A stretch of DNA of 60,061 nt, the filler included, from Dimargaris cristalligena (lineage: Eukaryota), in assembly GCA_003614675.1 (NCBI GenBank). It is 2 parts of 2 records of this genome, joined end to end, with 100 filler letters (N's around TTAATTAATTAA, not from the genome) between each part and the next. Parts side by side here need not be neighbours in the genome. Positions count along the whole stretch, not along the records: positions 30,101 to 60,061 come from ML002469.1; 1 more part is not named here. One strand, given 5' to 3'. Both the position numbers and the translations under genes were made by a program. A model generated the notes under the pieces. That model did no database searches and was not told the origin of the DNA. It saw only the letters and a program-made list of their open reading frames with translations. The first letter of the stretch is position 1; the number at the start of each line of letters is the position of its first letter. Shown here piece after piece: positions 35,274-51,999 of this stretch.

Positions 35274-37658
35274 CCGCTGACCATTTCTTTCCTTCTCGTC
35301 CCTTCTCTTCCTTCCCTTTCCCCACACGCATATATCCTACATGGGACCGATGACAACACACTCCCCCCACAGCATATACGATGTGCCCCGGCGAACAGGC
35401 GCAGTCGGGTGACAGCGGTGGGCACCACGCCTGTGCAGATTGACAGGGTATTGGCATCACCACCCATCCTCTCCATAATATAACCAGGCCTATCCATCCC
35501 ATCCTCTCTATAACCTACCAAGTAGGCCTAATCATTTGTAGTAAGGTGTACAAGATATATCCCTTGGGTGGGCGGGGTACATCATAGAATCCCCATTCAA
35601 CCTGTCAACCCTCGGTTACACCGCGTCGCGGGGAGTAAACAACCTCGCCTTCCACCCGAGCACATTGCCATAATAATAATAATAATAATCATTACTATTG
35701 GTACATCCCCCCCTACTCGCAATTAGTCCAGGGTGGCTATAGTGAAAGCCGCCCAGTCAAACTATTTCACCACCCAGCTCGGCTAAACAGCCATGTATCC
35801 AGCCATTCAAACTCCGACAATGAAGAGATGGGCCAAGTGAAGATGGAAGGGTAGGGATCGACCCCCCCCCCCTCTCCACCATATAAAACAATACACCACC
35901 CCCACACGTTCCCTTAATGAGATTACCAATAGTGTTTACTTTGCTTTACGCGACCGTGACACTACGACTACTACTACTATTATCATTATTATTACTATTC
36001 ACTGGGTCCCCCTCTCCGCCTATTCACTCGGCCGGGCCCGCGACTTCACACTTCCCCTGTCTGTAACGCGTCGGCCAATTCAGTCCAATCCACACCTCCT
36101 TCCCCCCCCTCCACTACGCAACATCATACCAAAATAATTCCAAAGATCAATGCAAGGTTCAAACTGTATATGGTATTGATATCCTCCGGTCGGCTATTCT
36201 TGAACTAACCTATCCAATCCAATCCCTTCCAAAAAATAAAAACTCTTAATAGGTGGCCGAGTCAAACCAGATATCTCTTTCCGTACTGTAATTTATATCC
36301 TGAACTTGGGTTACTAGTGAACATAAATAATATATAAATAAATAACAAATCATATACAACTGATAAAATAAAATTGCAATGTTAGCGGTCACCAGTTCAT
36401 ACTCACCATTCCCCAACCCGGAATGTATAGAGCCCCATAGTCACCCCTTTTCTAAGCGACCATCATGAAAATTCCTAGAACCAACCCGACTATTTTCTTC
36501 GTGTTTCACACTTCATCTTTAGCCAAGCTTCCTATAGTCTACTACCAACCAAGTCTGTTCGAGCCATACCATATCGCTAACAAAGCCCCTCCTTCCACCG
36601 AACCTATTCGGCCATATTATATATATATATATATATATACGACCTCATCATATACCTACCGTATTTATAATTTACTTTCGGGGTAATTTATAAATTTATT
36701 GATTTTTTAGAAAGAGTTTTAAAGGATATTGATGAACTATAAATATATTGGGAAACCGGCCAAATTCCCGGGCTAGATAGATCGGCGAAGGAGTTTAACA
36801 GATATAAAATAAATCCCAGAACCGGCTGAATATATAAAGTAGCGTAGATGATTGTGTTTATGAGTAATCCAAAATGGTAATAATATAGGCTATAGGTGGC
36901 GAGCAGTACATCAACATTGCCATACACGTATCCGGGAGAATCACTGCCAATCAACGCTTAACCACGTTAACCTAAAATACTAATCACTGATATAAAGCGT
37001 GGATAGAGAATTTGTTATTGTTTTAGAATAAAACATAGAAACAGCAAAATATAAACCGACGTTAATTAGAAGAGCGGTTGTGTGACAGACTAAGCGGGAA
37101 AACTTAAATAAAAATTGGTTTAATTATCTATTTTTTTTTGTATTATTCATAATATTACAGGTAGAGGGAGGCGGTCACATCACCTAAACGTATGTATAAC
37201 TAACCAAAGACGAACTAAAGATAAAAACAAGAACGGATAAACTATATAGTTAAAGTAAAAATAAAAAGAACAAGCGTATGTGTGTAGTTGGGAGAGGGGT
37301 CATTTAAGATAGGTCTATATCGATATAACGTTAGACCATTTGGTATTTTTTTGGGTGAGTTAGTTAGTTTTAGAGCGAAAAAATCGACTACTAGTTAGAA
37401 AATTAAATACTGAGAAAAATGTATTTATAGATGACAATCCCCACCGTTTAATTAAGATGATATCACAAGTGGCGAATGATAGGATATGTGATATCAGGTA
37501 AGGGGCAGGGGGATGCATTGAACAACAGAATGGCTACCAATGTTAGCTATGGCCAGTATATATATATATATATATGTATGTGGCTATATCAGGTGTATAT
37601 ATATAAATAATAATCAACTACCTTAAACAGCGATACATATCGTGTTTTCTCCACCCAT

Positions 37659-40944
<3,286 letters not shown>

Positions 40945-42525
40945 GGTTACGATGCGGAACAAAGCCTCTCGTTGTGAAAGGGTGAGGGGGGGTGAGATTG
41001 GTGATGGCGGATGTAAAGCGAGGAGGAGAAGGAGGAGGGGGTATTGTAGTGCTGAAGGAAATGTTGTAATGCCAGTAAGTAATGCAACCAACCAGAATTC
41101 GAACAGACAACGGAGAAGGGTGGTGGGATAGACGGGTGTAAACTGGGTTAGGTGGTTAGGTTATGGATGACGAGTGGGAGAGGTAAGTGTATGGCTTTCA
41201 GAGCGTAGGGAAAAAAAGGACTATGGTCTCTTCTCCAATGAACTTTGGGAGACTGGTGAGGCAGAGGGTAGAGAATGGAATAAGAAGCAAGGCTGTGGTT
41301 TGTAAAAGAACAGCAAGTGTAGTAGTGACCCAGTGGAGGCGCGGGGCTTGGGTATATATATATATAATTTTTGTAATATAGGTATGTAAATATAGACGGG
41401 CGTGTGTTAGTAGTTAACACAAAGTCATACAGTTAAGAGGGGGGATAGAAGTAAAAGGCAGAATATAAACGAGAAGGGTGAGGCTGACGTCGAAAGACGA
41501 CCGCCATAGGTAGATGAGTAGTAGTAGTAGTAGCAGTTTTGTGAAGCTGATTCCGTCCAGGTTCGAGAGGTGTAGAAGTTCACCACGTCCACGTTGAAAG
41601 GGAAAGCGTACCTTTAGGACTTTTGTTCTTAGTTCTATAACGAGGTTTAATGGTAAGCCAAACCAATCCCCTTTGTGGACTGGCTATTGGGCATAGCATC
41701 CCCCTTCTTCCACTATATCCTAGCTAGTTAGCTCGTGGTAGGATAGTAAGGCTCGTAAGCCACTACGGACGGGATGGTCGGGTTTAAGTGGTGGTGAAAG
41801 AGGGGAAGAGGTCTTTGTAATATTTAAGGGCTTCTTTGCCTTCCTTGTATTAAGAGGTATATACAGGGGGAATAGAAGGTATACAGTAGTAGTGCATGGT
41901 AAGAATGGCCCCAAAAATATTGCCTGTAATATTTCATTGCTTTTAGGTAGGATGTTCTAGACTTTATTCATACGCACCCATTGGCAGCTCTATTCGATTC
42001 CATTAGCTACAGCACCATTATGGCATCGTCCACTAAAAGGGTGAAGTGTACCGTCCCAGTTGAATATTTGGTTATTGTTATATATAGTCAGCTGGTTTTG
42101 TATCTACTAATTATTACGTGGCCCGGAAATCTGGCAAACCTCTCCAACTCATTCGTTTGCGCTCTACAGATCTTGGGGCACCCCCCCCCCCCCCCCTATC
42201 CACCCATGCCAATAATATCTATAAACAACCCTTTTCAACTCTTAAGTCCTGCACTATTAGCGTCATCCGTCTAGGTAGTTTCTAAGAAAACGGAAATGTT
42301 AATTTATTGAATAGAATAAACACGGGTGGTTTTACAAATGAAATGTATAATATAATATAATAATGCAAGTATGTAAATATATAGGTAGGCTCTAATAATG
42401 AGTAATGTAAATGCGAGCTGGTCAATCTATACTCGGAAATAAGGAGCGCGGCTAGACAAGATTGACCAAACCAAACCAAATGGGCCAAGAAGGTATCTTC
42501 ACCCATTCATAATGTTAATGGCTGG

Positions 42526-45051
42526 TTAATTTAGCGGTACCTCGTCATAAGGTAAGCGTGTGGTAGTAGACTGCTCCATTCCTTTCGGGTCCGAAGCCAG
42601 GCTGCCAATGTATCGCTTCAGCTTCCGGTTCTCCATCTCCAAATCGCTAATTTGGCCAATTGCCTCACAGTAACGGTCCTGTGCGTAAAACCAAAGGCAA
42701 GCGGTGTAGTAGTATAAATATTTGGTTCCCAAAAATATGTAGCAATCGGTTAACCACCATTAAGGACTAAGCGATATAATATCGATGACAATACTTCATT
42801 CCATGAAGACGAAACTGCCCTATGATAATACACTCGCGCATTGAATAGCCAGCCAGCATGCGGTGGAGGCTTGGGTATGTAACCTACCTTTATGTAACTG
42901 TATTCCTCTTCGATTACCGACAGGGTATTTTGCAGGTCAATTCGGCGTTGGGTGATTGAAATGACCTCTTGTTGCAATTCTTGGTTCCTTCCCTTCATTT
43001 CAAACACCTAAATCCCATCCAATTTCGATTGTATGTCAATGGTGTACATAAAAGGTTCGGGATAAAAGGTGAAATGGTTGTTGTGGACGTCAATGATGGT
43101 GGTGGGATACGGTGCAAGGATGCGGGTGTGAAAAAGTGGCAAATAGGGGGTGTGTGGATATTACTGATTAATGCTACATCCTTCTCACTCGCTTAGCTTA
43201 GCTTGGTAATTAAAATTCCACTGAATGGGTGTTAAGAGCCATACAGAAGAATCGCTTAATGACGTAGAGGTTAAAGTCAACTTACCTTTTGGATGGTCTC
43301 ATCGTTAGAACCTGTCCCACTCGGGTTCATTGGGACCGGTGTCTCACTCGTGTCGTCACTCAACTGTCCAGGCAATAGTCGTTAGTGTATCGAGTTCAAT
43401 GACGGTAATAATTAGGTAATGTAACTTGGCGAAGCATCCCCCTAATCCTCAGTCTACTTTAGAATTTTCCATTCAATAGCACACGGATTATCGGTGACCT
43501 AACGGGTGGGTGCTTAGACATAGAATGTATAGGTATGCCCCACTTACCGTATCCCGCGAGCTAGACGAGGACATTGAGCATGGCGACAAAGGGAGGGACG
43601 ACTGTAGGAGGAGGGTAAAAAGTGAGTTCAGGAAATAGTTAATCGGGGGGCAAAGCTTGAGTAAAAACAATGGTCAGGTGGGGTGTTAATCATATTTTAA
43701 TGGGTCCAGCGCGGGAGGGGGGGTGCCAATTTATCCCAAAGGGGTGCTATATCAATGGGCAGACTATAAGCCCAAATCCTACCATTTGACTACTTTTCGC
43801 CACGGTGGATTCTAAAAAAATGATCGGCGGAATAGTGGAATTCCAGGGTAGTGAAGAGAGGTTGTATTCATGCAGTTAAGTTGCGGAGTAGCAGGGTGGG
43901 CGGTTAGTTTAAGTGCTATAGAGAAAGCTGCGTCTGTTGCCAAAAGCCGAGGCCCCGCCCCACAACTCTTACGAGGGGAACTACGAGACCCACCGTCGCA
44001 TGACCTAGTAAGGCTGGGTATGAATGGGGAGGGGGGGGTATGGCTTCGCCCAGGGTCTTATTCAATTATGGGAAACGATGCTTACCAAACCAGCGCTGTT
44101 TTTCCTTCAGAAGACCATTGACCTGTTCTTCCAGTTGGACGACATCCGTGCCGAGCTTGTTGACCAGGCTCTGCGAATTGTCGAGTTGGAAGGTCTGTCG
44201 TTTGTTAAGGGGCATTCCAAATCATCGGTGAACAGCAGGGGGGCCCAATTACAAATTAGACGGCGTATGTTAGTGCACAGCGATCGATTTATAGATGTTC
44301 ACTGTTGCGTCTATTCTGTAACCCGGCGGTGAATCTTTCACCAGTCGATCCCAATCGGTTATTTAACGGGCGTTTTATGTACTGTGATTCAAGGACTTGC
44401 CGAGCCGCCCGTGCGGCTAAAAATAGAGTAATTGTCGATTACCAATAAATCGAGTTTAGGTGGTCGGAAAAGGGAGGGGGGAAGGGTATTTAAAATGATA
44501 GATAAATAAATATAATATCTTACCTGTGCCTTCATAACGGTGAACAGGTCAACGATAAATGAACGAAGTACGTTGGGGTCATTCTAAATCACGTAATAGT
44601 CCCAAGCAACCATTGGGGGGATATATCCGAATAAAAGGGATATAAATTAGCCGATAGGTAAACTACAGAGGCGATAAGTGGTCATGAATATCAGCCGAAG
44701 ATCCTTAGCCGACACCTCATTACAATGCCATCGGGCGGACGAGGAATAATCATAAAGAAAGGACCATCCGCGTAAACCATCTGTTCGAATACAATTTCGT
44801 CTACTAGCTCTCCGCATTCAAGAGATCTTCGGCCCCATATGGCCGTAGATTTTAGTGCCCAAATGGCCGCATTCTCCCGACACACGGAGGGGGGTGGATA
44901 TCATATATGGTTCAACAACGGGGTGAAATTAAGAGTGGCATTTAACACTCACCTCAGCATCAATATGTTTTAGTAGAGCGGAGTGATTGTACACCACCGT
45001 GGGGGGTACAGAGTGAGCAAACGTATTGGGTGTAGAGGGAACGGTCTCCAT
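42526..45051 (-). CDS. Uncharacterised coiled-coil protein (~233 aa); exons 45051-44953, 44583-44524, 44194-44086, 43811-43783, 43601-43548, 43363-43286, 43007-42888, 42678-42526
   Basis: Eight exons with canonical GT/AG boundaries and compatible phases give an open frame: METVPSTPNTF...HIDAE|NDPNVLRSFIVDLFTVMKAQ|TFQLDNSQSLVNKLGTDVVQLEEQVNGLLKEKQRWF|ESTVAKSSQM|...|VFEMKGRNQELQQEV...|DRYCEAIGQISDLEMENRKLKRY. Confidence 0.62.
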
Positions 45052-47099
45052 AGGATCCGATTAATAATTTGTACTCTTGCAAAAGTGTAATAAAGCGTCT
45101 GGTTTGGGGAGCGGGGAAGGCAATGGCGGGGGGAACGGTCAGGTTTAGTATTGGTGAACCTTTGCGATATCTCGGGATCCCTAGAAGCGAGAAACATTTA
45201 TTTTTCAGTCCCCCTGTGAATTTAGAAAAATTTTAAAGGGAATACTTACCTTATGGGTAAATAGATTCAAGATACGAAATAAGAGCAGTAGTGCAGTTGA
45301 GTAAAATAAATAATTTGCGATGACTGTAATAGTAGAATTAATAAAAACAGTAGTGATAGTAGGAATGATATAATACACCAACAGTTTATAGTTGCGAAAT
45401 GTAAGTAAGCATTTGTATGACGGGATGACAATGTAAAAGTGATAATAAGGTACCTAAGTGTGGCAGATAAGGTTCGACCTGGCAGGGGCCAGGTTCTCTT
45501 ATATCTGAGCCCCATAGTGGACTGCCGTTAAGCGGAACACGCTGCGGTTGCTCCTCTTCTCCACCATACTTGCTCCCTTTTCTCGCCACCGCGCCTAGGG
45601 CTGCCTTTTGAGCTGGAAGAGCGGACGAGAAACTCCGACCTCCATGGGATTCACGAACCAAACCCCCCTTGGTGGGGTAGATGGAGGGTAAGAGTGAGAG
45701 ATGGGGGAAGGGAAAGAGGAGTGTGATACCAACAAAGCCCATTGATTCCCTTAATCGAATACAATGGCCGTCCTGTTTAATATAAAGAATGCGTTTAGTT
45801 TGAGCCGGAATGATAGAGCCAATTTAAACACCTAAAATACTGAAATTTTCGCCCCACGGAAGCGGGAGGGGGGAGCACACGGGGGTTAGAGGGAATACGA
45901 CGAAGCTAATGTACGAACCGGTGAATATCATAATATATTAATAGAGCCCTGTCGACCAGATTTGGGGGCACCACTGTGGAAAATCATTCGCCTTATCTGC
46001 CAGGTGACCGCCGAGAACTAAAGGGAGGAGGAGAGGGAGGGACATTATTGGCCCGCCATGACTATATTATTCGCAGACCGCTTGGATTCTTTAATTCCAA
46101 TCGTTTGACTGAGCCACGCACTGTCACCGCATTATAATGTTCCACCTCTAAATCTAATGGTCTTCCGCTTAGCTCTCTCTCTCCCACCCCTTTCCCACAT
46201 TCGGCGTCCTTTTCTAGTGGATGAATCCACTAGTCAGTCCCATCCATCGACTTCCACCCGTTGGAACGGGTGCCATTTCCATGAGTCGCACACACTAGGC
46301 ATAATGGTCCTTTTCATGAAGGTCAGGCTAGGCGAAAACAGGTCTTCCAAAGTAGCCCCATTTCCCTGGCCGGAAGCCGACTCCACCGACATCATAGAGT
46401 ACTGGTCGGTTTTATTTTTACGGTATTGTAGTCCATTAAAGTAATACCCTCCTCCCCCTTCCTCTTCCGTTGCATAAAACCGTTACAAAGCGATGCTCAG
46501 ACGCTATACATATTTGAGCAACAGGGCCCCCTTGTAGATTTTCCAATCAAACAATAGGAGCGGGATAAACAGTATAGGGGATGATATTCCTAATAAGTGA
46601 CACCAGTCGATCATCGGTGTCTTTACTATAGATTTCAAAGGTCGATCAAAATCTGGCATGTCGAATATTGTGTCCCACGTGAACTAGTTGATACCTAGTG
46701 TGTGTGTGTGTGTGTGGTGAGGGTGAGCAGTAGTTGCATTCACATAAATCTGCCCTATAATATCCCTCGTTTTATAGTATAATTAACTAGATGGTGTACA
46801 TGCCGGGGTTACATCAAAGTTTTATTATTTTTTAAATATTTTTATAGGACATTCATCATAATAAATATGTAAAGTAGTCGTTTAATAGTGGCCGTAAATT
46901 GGGGGTTTGTGTTATTTTATTTTTTATTTTTAAAAAGGCCCAAACATTCCAGTCGTCCGCATTTCCTTTGGTTTTACTCCATCGTTCATGCCCCCGCACA
47001 TCTTTTGAGGGGCCTGGGTTAACACCTATTTGCAGTTGTTGTATGGCATTATACCCTTCTGGGCGCTAAATTTTGCAGCACTATTCAGACAGCCTGTGC

Positions 47100-49474
47100 T
47101 CAGCCTATTGGCTTGACTTCGGTAATGATCGGTAAGGCTTCCTCGCTGGTTACTTCCTTGGGATCCGTATATACAATGATCTTCCCCATTTGACGCAGTC
47201 GACAGGGCTCGGTAAGGTCCACGGTCATTAGACCTTCGAGAGCAGATATAGCCGCACGGATCTCGTAAAGGTACTAGTTACCATTAAAGTATATCAGCCA
47301 TAGTGGGAAAAAGGCTCGTATTTAACTATTAGTTAGATCCTGGCGATAAAGATACAGTCGTCAACGGGGGACCAGCCATGTCATATTTCTGGCCAACAGA
47401 CAATTGGATTAGGGCTTAATTCTCCAACCTACTTAATACACTTTACAGATAAACCTTACCTCGGTATATTTAGTCGAGCCTGGCTCCTTGAGCGAATTCC
47501 GGAACGCTTGAACCGTGAAGCCTACCCGCTGCGCAATCACCTTGGTAATACAATGCCATAAATAACGCCCCGGTTAAAAGTAGTTAAGTGAGTATTTAAG
47601 GGGTTAGTAAGGTTGCATTCTTGAATAGGGTATTACGGATCAGAGTCTGGATAGCCGAGAGTGGAAGTATCCCATTCTTAAACACCTTACATGGCTAGCT
47701 AGACGGACCGGAAACTGCCCGTGTCCATCGGTAATTTGTACTACTTGGGAAAACCCGTCCCCCTTGAGTTGGAATTTGGATAGCGATGTCACTTTAGCCT
47801 TGGTAATGACTTGATAAGTTTGAGCAGTAATGCACTGGTCAAGCTTATCAAGGGTTACATACGTGGTATTTTGGGTAAGATCGATGGCCTTGAAATCGAG
47901 ATCCGCTTCAAAATCGCTGTCAAGGTCAATGACGTATTGGTTAGGTGGTAGTAGGGGGCTCGGTTTCTTAATAATGTATTGTCGGGTTAGGATATTGGTA
48001 TCGATTCCATGGAATAGACAAGGAGTTGGGAGGTATACATATATTAGTTAAGTGGGCATGTTGTCATACAAATGAAGCCACCGGGATTAAAATAAAGAGC
48101 CTATGGTATGTCCACAAAAAAGACCTAGTTGTTACCTTAATTACTTGTGGTTCGCGTTGTTGAACGTCGTTGATATACTGGTTTTCCGCTTCGATCATTT
48201 CTAGAGCCTCGATATCGTCGGGGGTAATATCATCCGAACCCAGTAGTTCCAGATCGGGTGGGTTAGGCCGACTAGACCGGGTGCCATTGGTGGGCACTGT
48301 GTTGTTAGGGCGAGAAGGGGTATGGTTCTGTGGAGGGTGGGTGATGTTGTGCGTAGTGTGGACGGGGGGTTTTGAGGTTTGGCTGATATTATAATAGGCA
48401 GGCAAATATTGAACAATATAAATTTACCGAGTGTAGAGTAAGTCATAATGTAGTTGAGCATATCCAGCAGTCACGCATAGGTCCGTCAAATGGTTGCCAT
48501 TAATACACTAACCCGACGGTATTGAATATATATATTTGCAGATATCAACTCACCCTATTTTAGCCCTTAGTCGATCTAGTAATGGCATGGTATTAAGTGC
48601 CTCGACCGCACCACCAAGAGGGAAGCAGTTTTGGTGATTCAGCATGACCATCCCCCGGAGTACCTCGGCGTTCCGAAGCAAGAACTGTGGTACAAAGTGA
48701 GGGAATGGGGACCAAGGTCAGCGTTGGCATTTCAAGTGGTGGGCTTTAAATAACCGACGAGTAAGGGCGGGGTTTAAATCTATATTTTTCATCTGTCCCC
48801 CCCCCTGCGCTTTCGAAATCAACCAATGTAGTTATAAAACCATTCCAGGCATACCAAAAGAATAAAGTTATTAGAGAACGTACCTTAGTCCCGAGTGGTA
48901 AAGTGATATCTAGGGCCGGAATGGGGCGATATTCAACGGCCGGAATCTGGCGAAACCCATCCGACAGGATAAATTTCAACGTACCCCGGGGAATGGCAAT
49001 GTCCTTATTCTTCTCCCCCCCCTCATTGGGAAAATTAGCGAGTAGGGCGTGGGCCATGGTGGACATTTCGAGTCGGGAAGCCATTTGGTGTACTTCTAGT
49101 TCCTCTAGCTTATCGGTGATTTGGAGCGTGGGTATGCCAATGTCCATCACATCCACCACTTGCAGGATAACGGAGGGTGAAGAGGGTCGCCCCTCCCCTT
49201 GGGAATCGTCACTAGGACCTACGGGGGTGAGGGTAGTCTTGTGGAGGGTGAGGCAGTGGTCGGATAGGGTAGGAAGGCCCATGTGGGCTAAATCGGAGGC
49301 CAGATACTGTTCATAGACACCTTCCAATAAAGCGTCGGTCGCAGCACCCGGTGGTGGCGGAGTCGGCAGCTGGCCCTCGGGTGAATTCAAAAAGCGAACG
49401 CATTGCTCCAGCCAATTGGGCTGTACTTGAATCGCCCGTTCGCGCAATTTGGTTTGTAAGGCCGCTAATTCCAT
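47100..49474 (-). CDS. RMI1: RecQ-mediated genome instability protein 1; exons 49474-48884, 48684-48554, 48382-~48145, 47966-47691, 47540-47460, 47273-47100
   Basis: N-terminal helical bundle (WLEQC...VYEQYLASDL). OB fold ILQVVDVMDIG...PRGTLKFILSDG...AVEYRPIPALD..LPLGTK|FLL.N.EV.RGM.ML...N...LGGAVEAL. C-terminal OB-like region (TKAKVTSLSKF...VQITDG...I.ALEGLMTV). Confidence 0.88.
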
Positions 49475-51999
49475 AGCTTCTAGCACAGGGCCAAATTGGG
49501 TTTGCTATAAAAGGGCGGGGGTGGCCAGTTTTGGTCGAAATAACGGGTTTCCTATGAATGAGCGATCTAAGGAGAAACAATTAGCATGATTGGGTGCCGA
49601 AGGGTGTGGTTAAGCATAGATGCATAAAAGGGAATGGGCTATCGAAAAATGTGACGAGAGATTCCGAGTATTCAGTTGTTCCAGCCTAGGCGTTGGCTAG
49701 GGGGTAGATTCCCAGGTTCATGGGTAGGCTACAAGGTAGGAGGACTGTTGCAATATGCTCGGAGGTCTATCTGTAGAGTGCTGCGGCATAGGGCTTGGGC
49801 CTATTATTAACCATTCTTTTCAGGTTCCCTCAGCCAAAGGAACGTTTTGTATTTTTTATGTAGAATGACCCACCCGGGGTTCAGTTGAGGGATCCAGGTG
49901 CAATTTGTGAGCATCGGCTACTGCCTCTACACCCCACCCTAATTACTAGCCGTAAATGTCGTCGGGGTTAAGTCAGGTCTGTTATTCAATTTAAGGATAG
50001 TGCCTTAGTAGTGAGTCGAGGTAAGTACAATCGTGGCGATGAGTGTAGAGTAGATTGGTAAATTAGGGGACGCGGGGTTTCATCTCAAGGCAACCTGTAG
50101 AATTGGTAACTTTTAAGTGATGTATTTTCCTTGCCGAGCATACTTCAGTGGATATCGCTGCACCTATATGTTTGACAGCTAGGGGTATATTCCATCATTG
50201 GCATATTAGAAGCCGAACATTGTTTTCCGAAGTGGTCTTTACTTTTACCCAACTCCTGTGGCTTGCCTGTCTACTTCAATCTATCATACTGTGTACCAAA
50301 ATGCGAATTTACTCAATAACTCTTTCATTTGACTTATTAAGTGCCACGTTGCTGACGGGCTATGCAATCCAAATCGTTTGCTTAAAAATATTGTCACCTT
50401 TACATACATTTATACTAAGCATCCCCGAAGTATTTGGGCTAGATAGTATAGTACCTTAACCTGCTTTACACTTGTCGTTTGTTAATTCGCTTGTTTGCGA
50501 GCTTCATCGTCGCTGTTTATGGTCGACCCACCGGCGCTATACTCAACTCGGAAGGAGGGACTGTGCCATCACAGCCGTTAACCGCAAGCCCTACTGAGAC
50601 AACTAAGGAGTAGTCCCGAGTAGAATAGACGTTAATGGTAATTAATTTATGTTGTTATCACAGGCAGCGAAGTAAAAGGCAGGGTCAAAGATCCTGCGCA
50701 TCTTAGCACCGTGTCACTAGACATTTCAGCGATCCCGCCTTTTCGTATTAAATGTCGGGTACTCATTAAAGCAGGGCCATTGTCGGTAAATTTAGAAGCA
50801 ACGCTGGCGTAATTTTGGGATAAAAATAATTGTTCACCGGATATACCCTTCTCTATAATACACCGATAACATTGCCACGAGGACCGTTGATGCGATTTTT
50901 TTGTCCGATACGATCATCGCCTTATGGGAAGACTTCAAACTAAATGGGGGGGGAGGCGTTCTCAAGGGGCCTAAAGAAAGTAAATCGGACGAGGGGGACC
51001 AATTATTACTTTATCCCCCCTCCCCTTACATTAGAACTATATTAAAGTGCCTCTTGCTATCGTTCTACCAACTGAAGGCGGACGGACAAAATGGGCGCCC
51101 CTGGTGAACCTCTAAACCAAATATGGGTAGTAGTCATCCTTTGGGTACGGCCCCTCATCCGTCCCCTGCTATATTGGTCAACGAAACACATAGCAAGTGC
51201 CGCCGTCTAGCCGTATATGGTCTTGTTGGTAATCATTAGCCGGGGCTTTAGATCAGTTACCCATCATCGAACGAAGTGCATAAACAATCTAGGAGAGCAG
51301 TTGAGAAATGTGCTTATTTGTGAGTGGGGCCTCTATTATATTACTCGTAGTGCCACATTACAACCCTTGATGCTATAACATGTACCCAACAATTTACCAC
51401 GGGGGTAAATCGAGCTAAGTATCCATGATCGGGCCACTTGGATTACTAATGGTTGGTTAAAGGCGAATCATGGCTCGATAAGCCAATTATATGTTAGTTA
51501 ATATTGTATCAATTTACCGAAATATGCCAGGGTTGTCATGGCGTTACATACTGACACTGAAAAGTGAAAATAACGCGCAACATGCAGTTAATATTTGGTG
51601 ACAGCACCGGGCAAGTTGGGGCAATAGGCCACTTATATCCCTCGCTACAGACCAGCTCCCAGAGGCGTAGAGTGGGAGATTAACCATAGGCACTCCCCAC
51701 ATCCAGGGTTTCCGAACTTTAAATCCATTTAGTAAAAATTAAGTGCGGTAAGTTGTGCACCATCTTGAGAGACAAATCAGTATAAGCGGATTTAAAGAAT
51801 ATAAAATCAACCTCTATGGCCCCTCCAGTAACTATCAAGTTAGTCGCAATCCCTCCAAGATTTCTAGTCCTGAACTCTCGTGGCCTAATTACGATTTCCA
51901 TTGAAACCCCCATTCCATCTAGTATCTACAGCAACGTCCTCTATTTAACCCCGGATTTGATTCCTCTTTGCTTTCTTTTGAACTCTCTTGCAGATACCA

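Noticed and set aside
44198..44215. CCCCTTAAC branch point suggesting a U12-type intron
   Set aside because: The matching donor is GTAAGA, not GTATCC or ATATCC.
45243..45260. ATACTTACCTT resembling the 5' end of U1 snRNA
   Set aside because: It is the reverse complement of an AAG|GTAAGTAT donor. The downstream sequence is AT-rich with no recognisable U1 stems.
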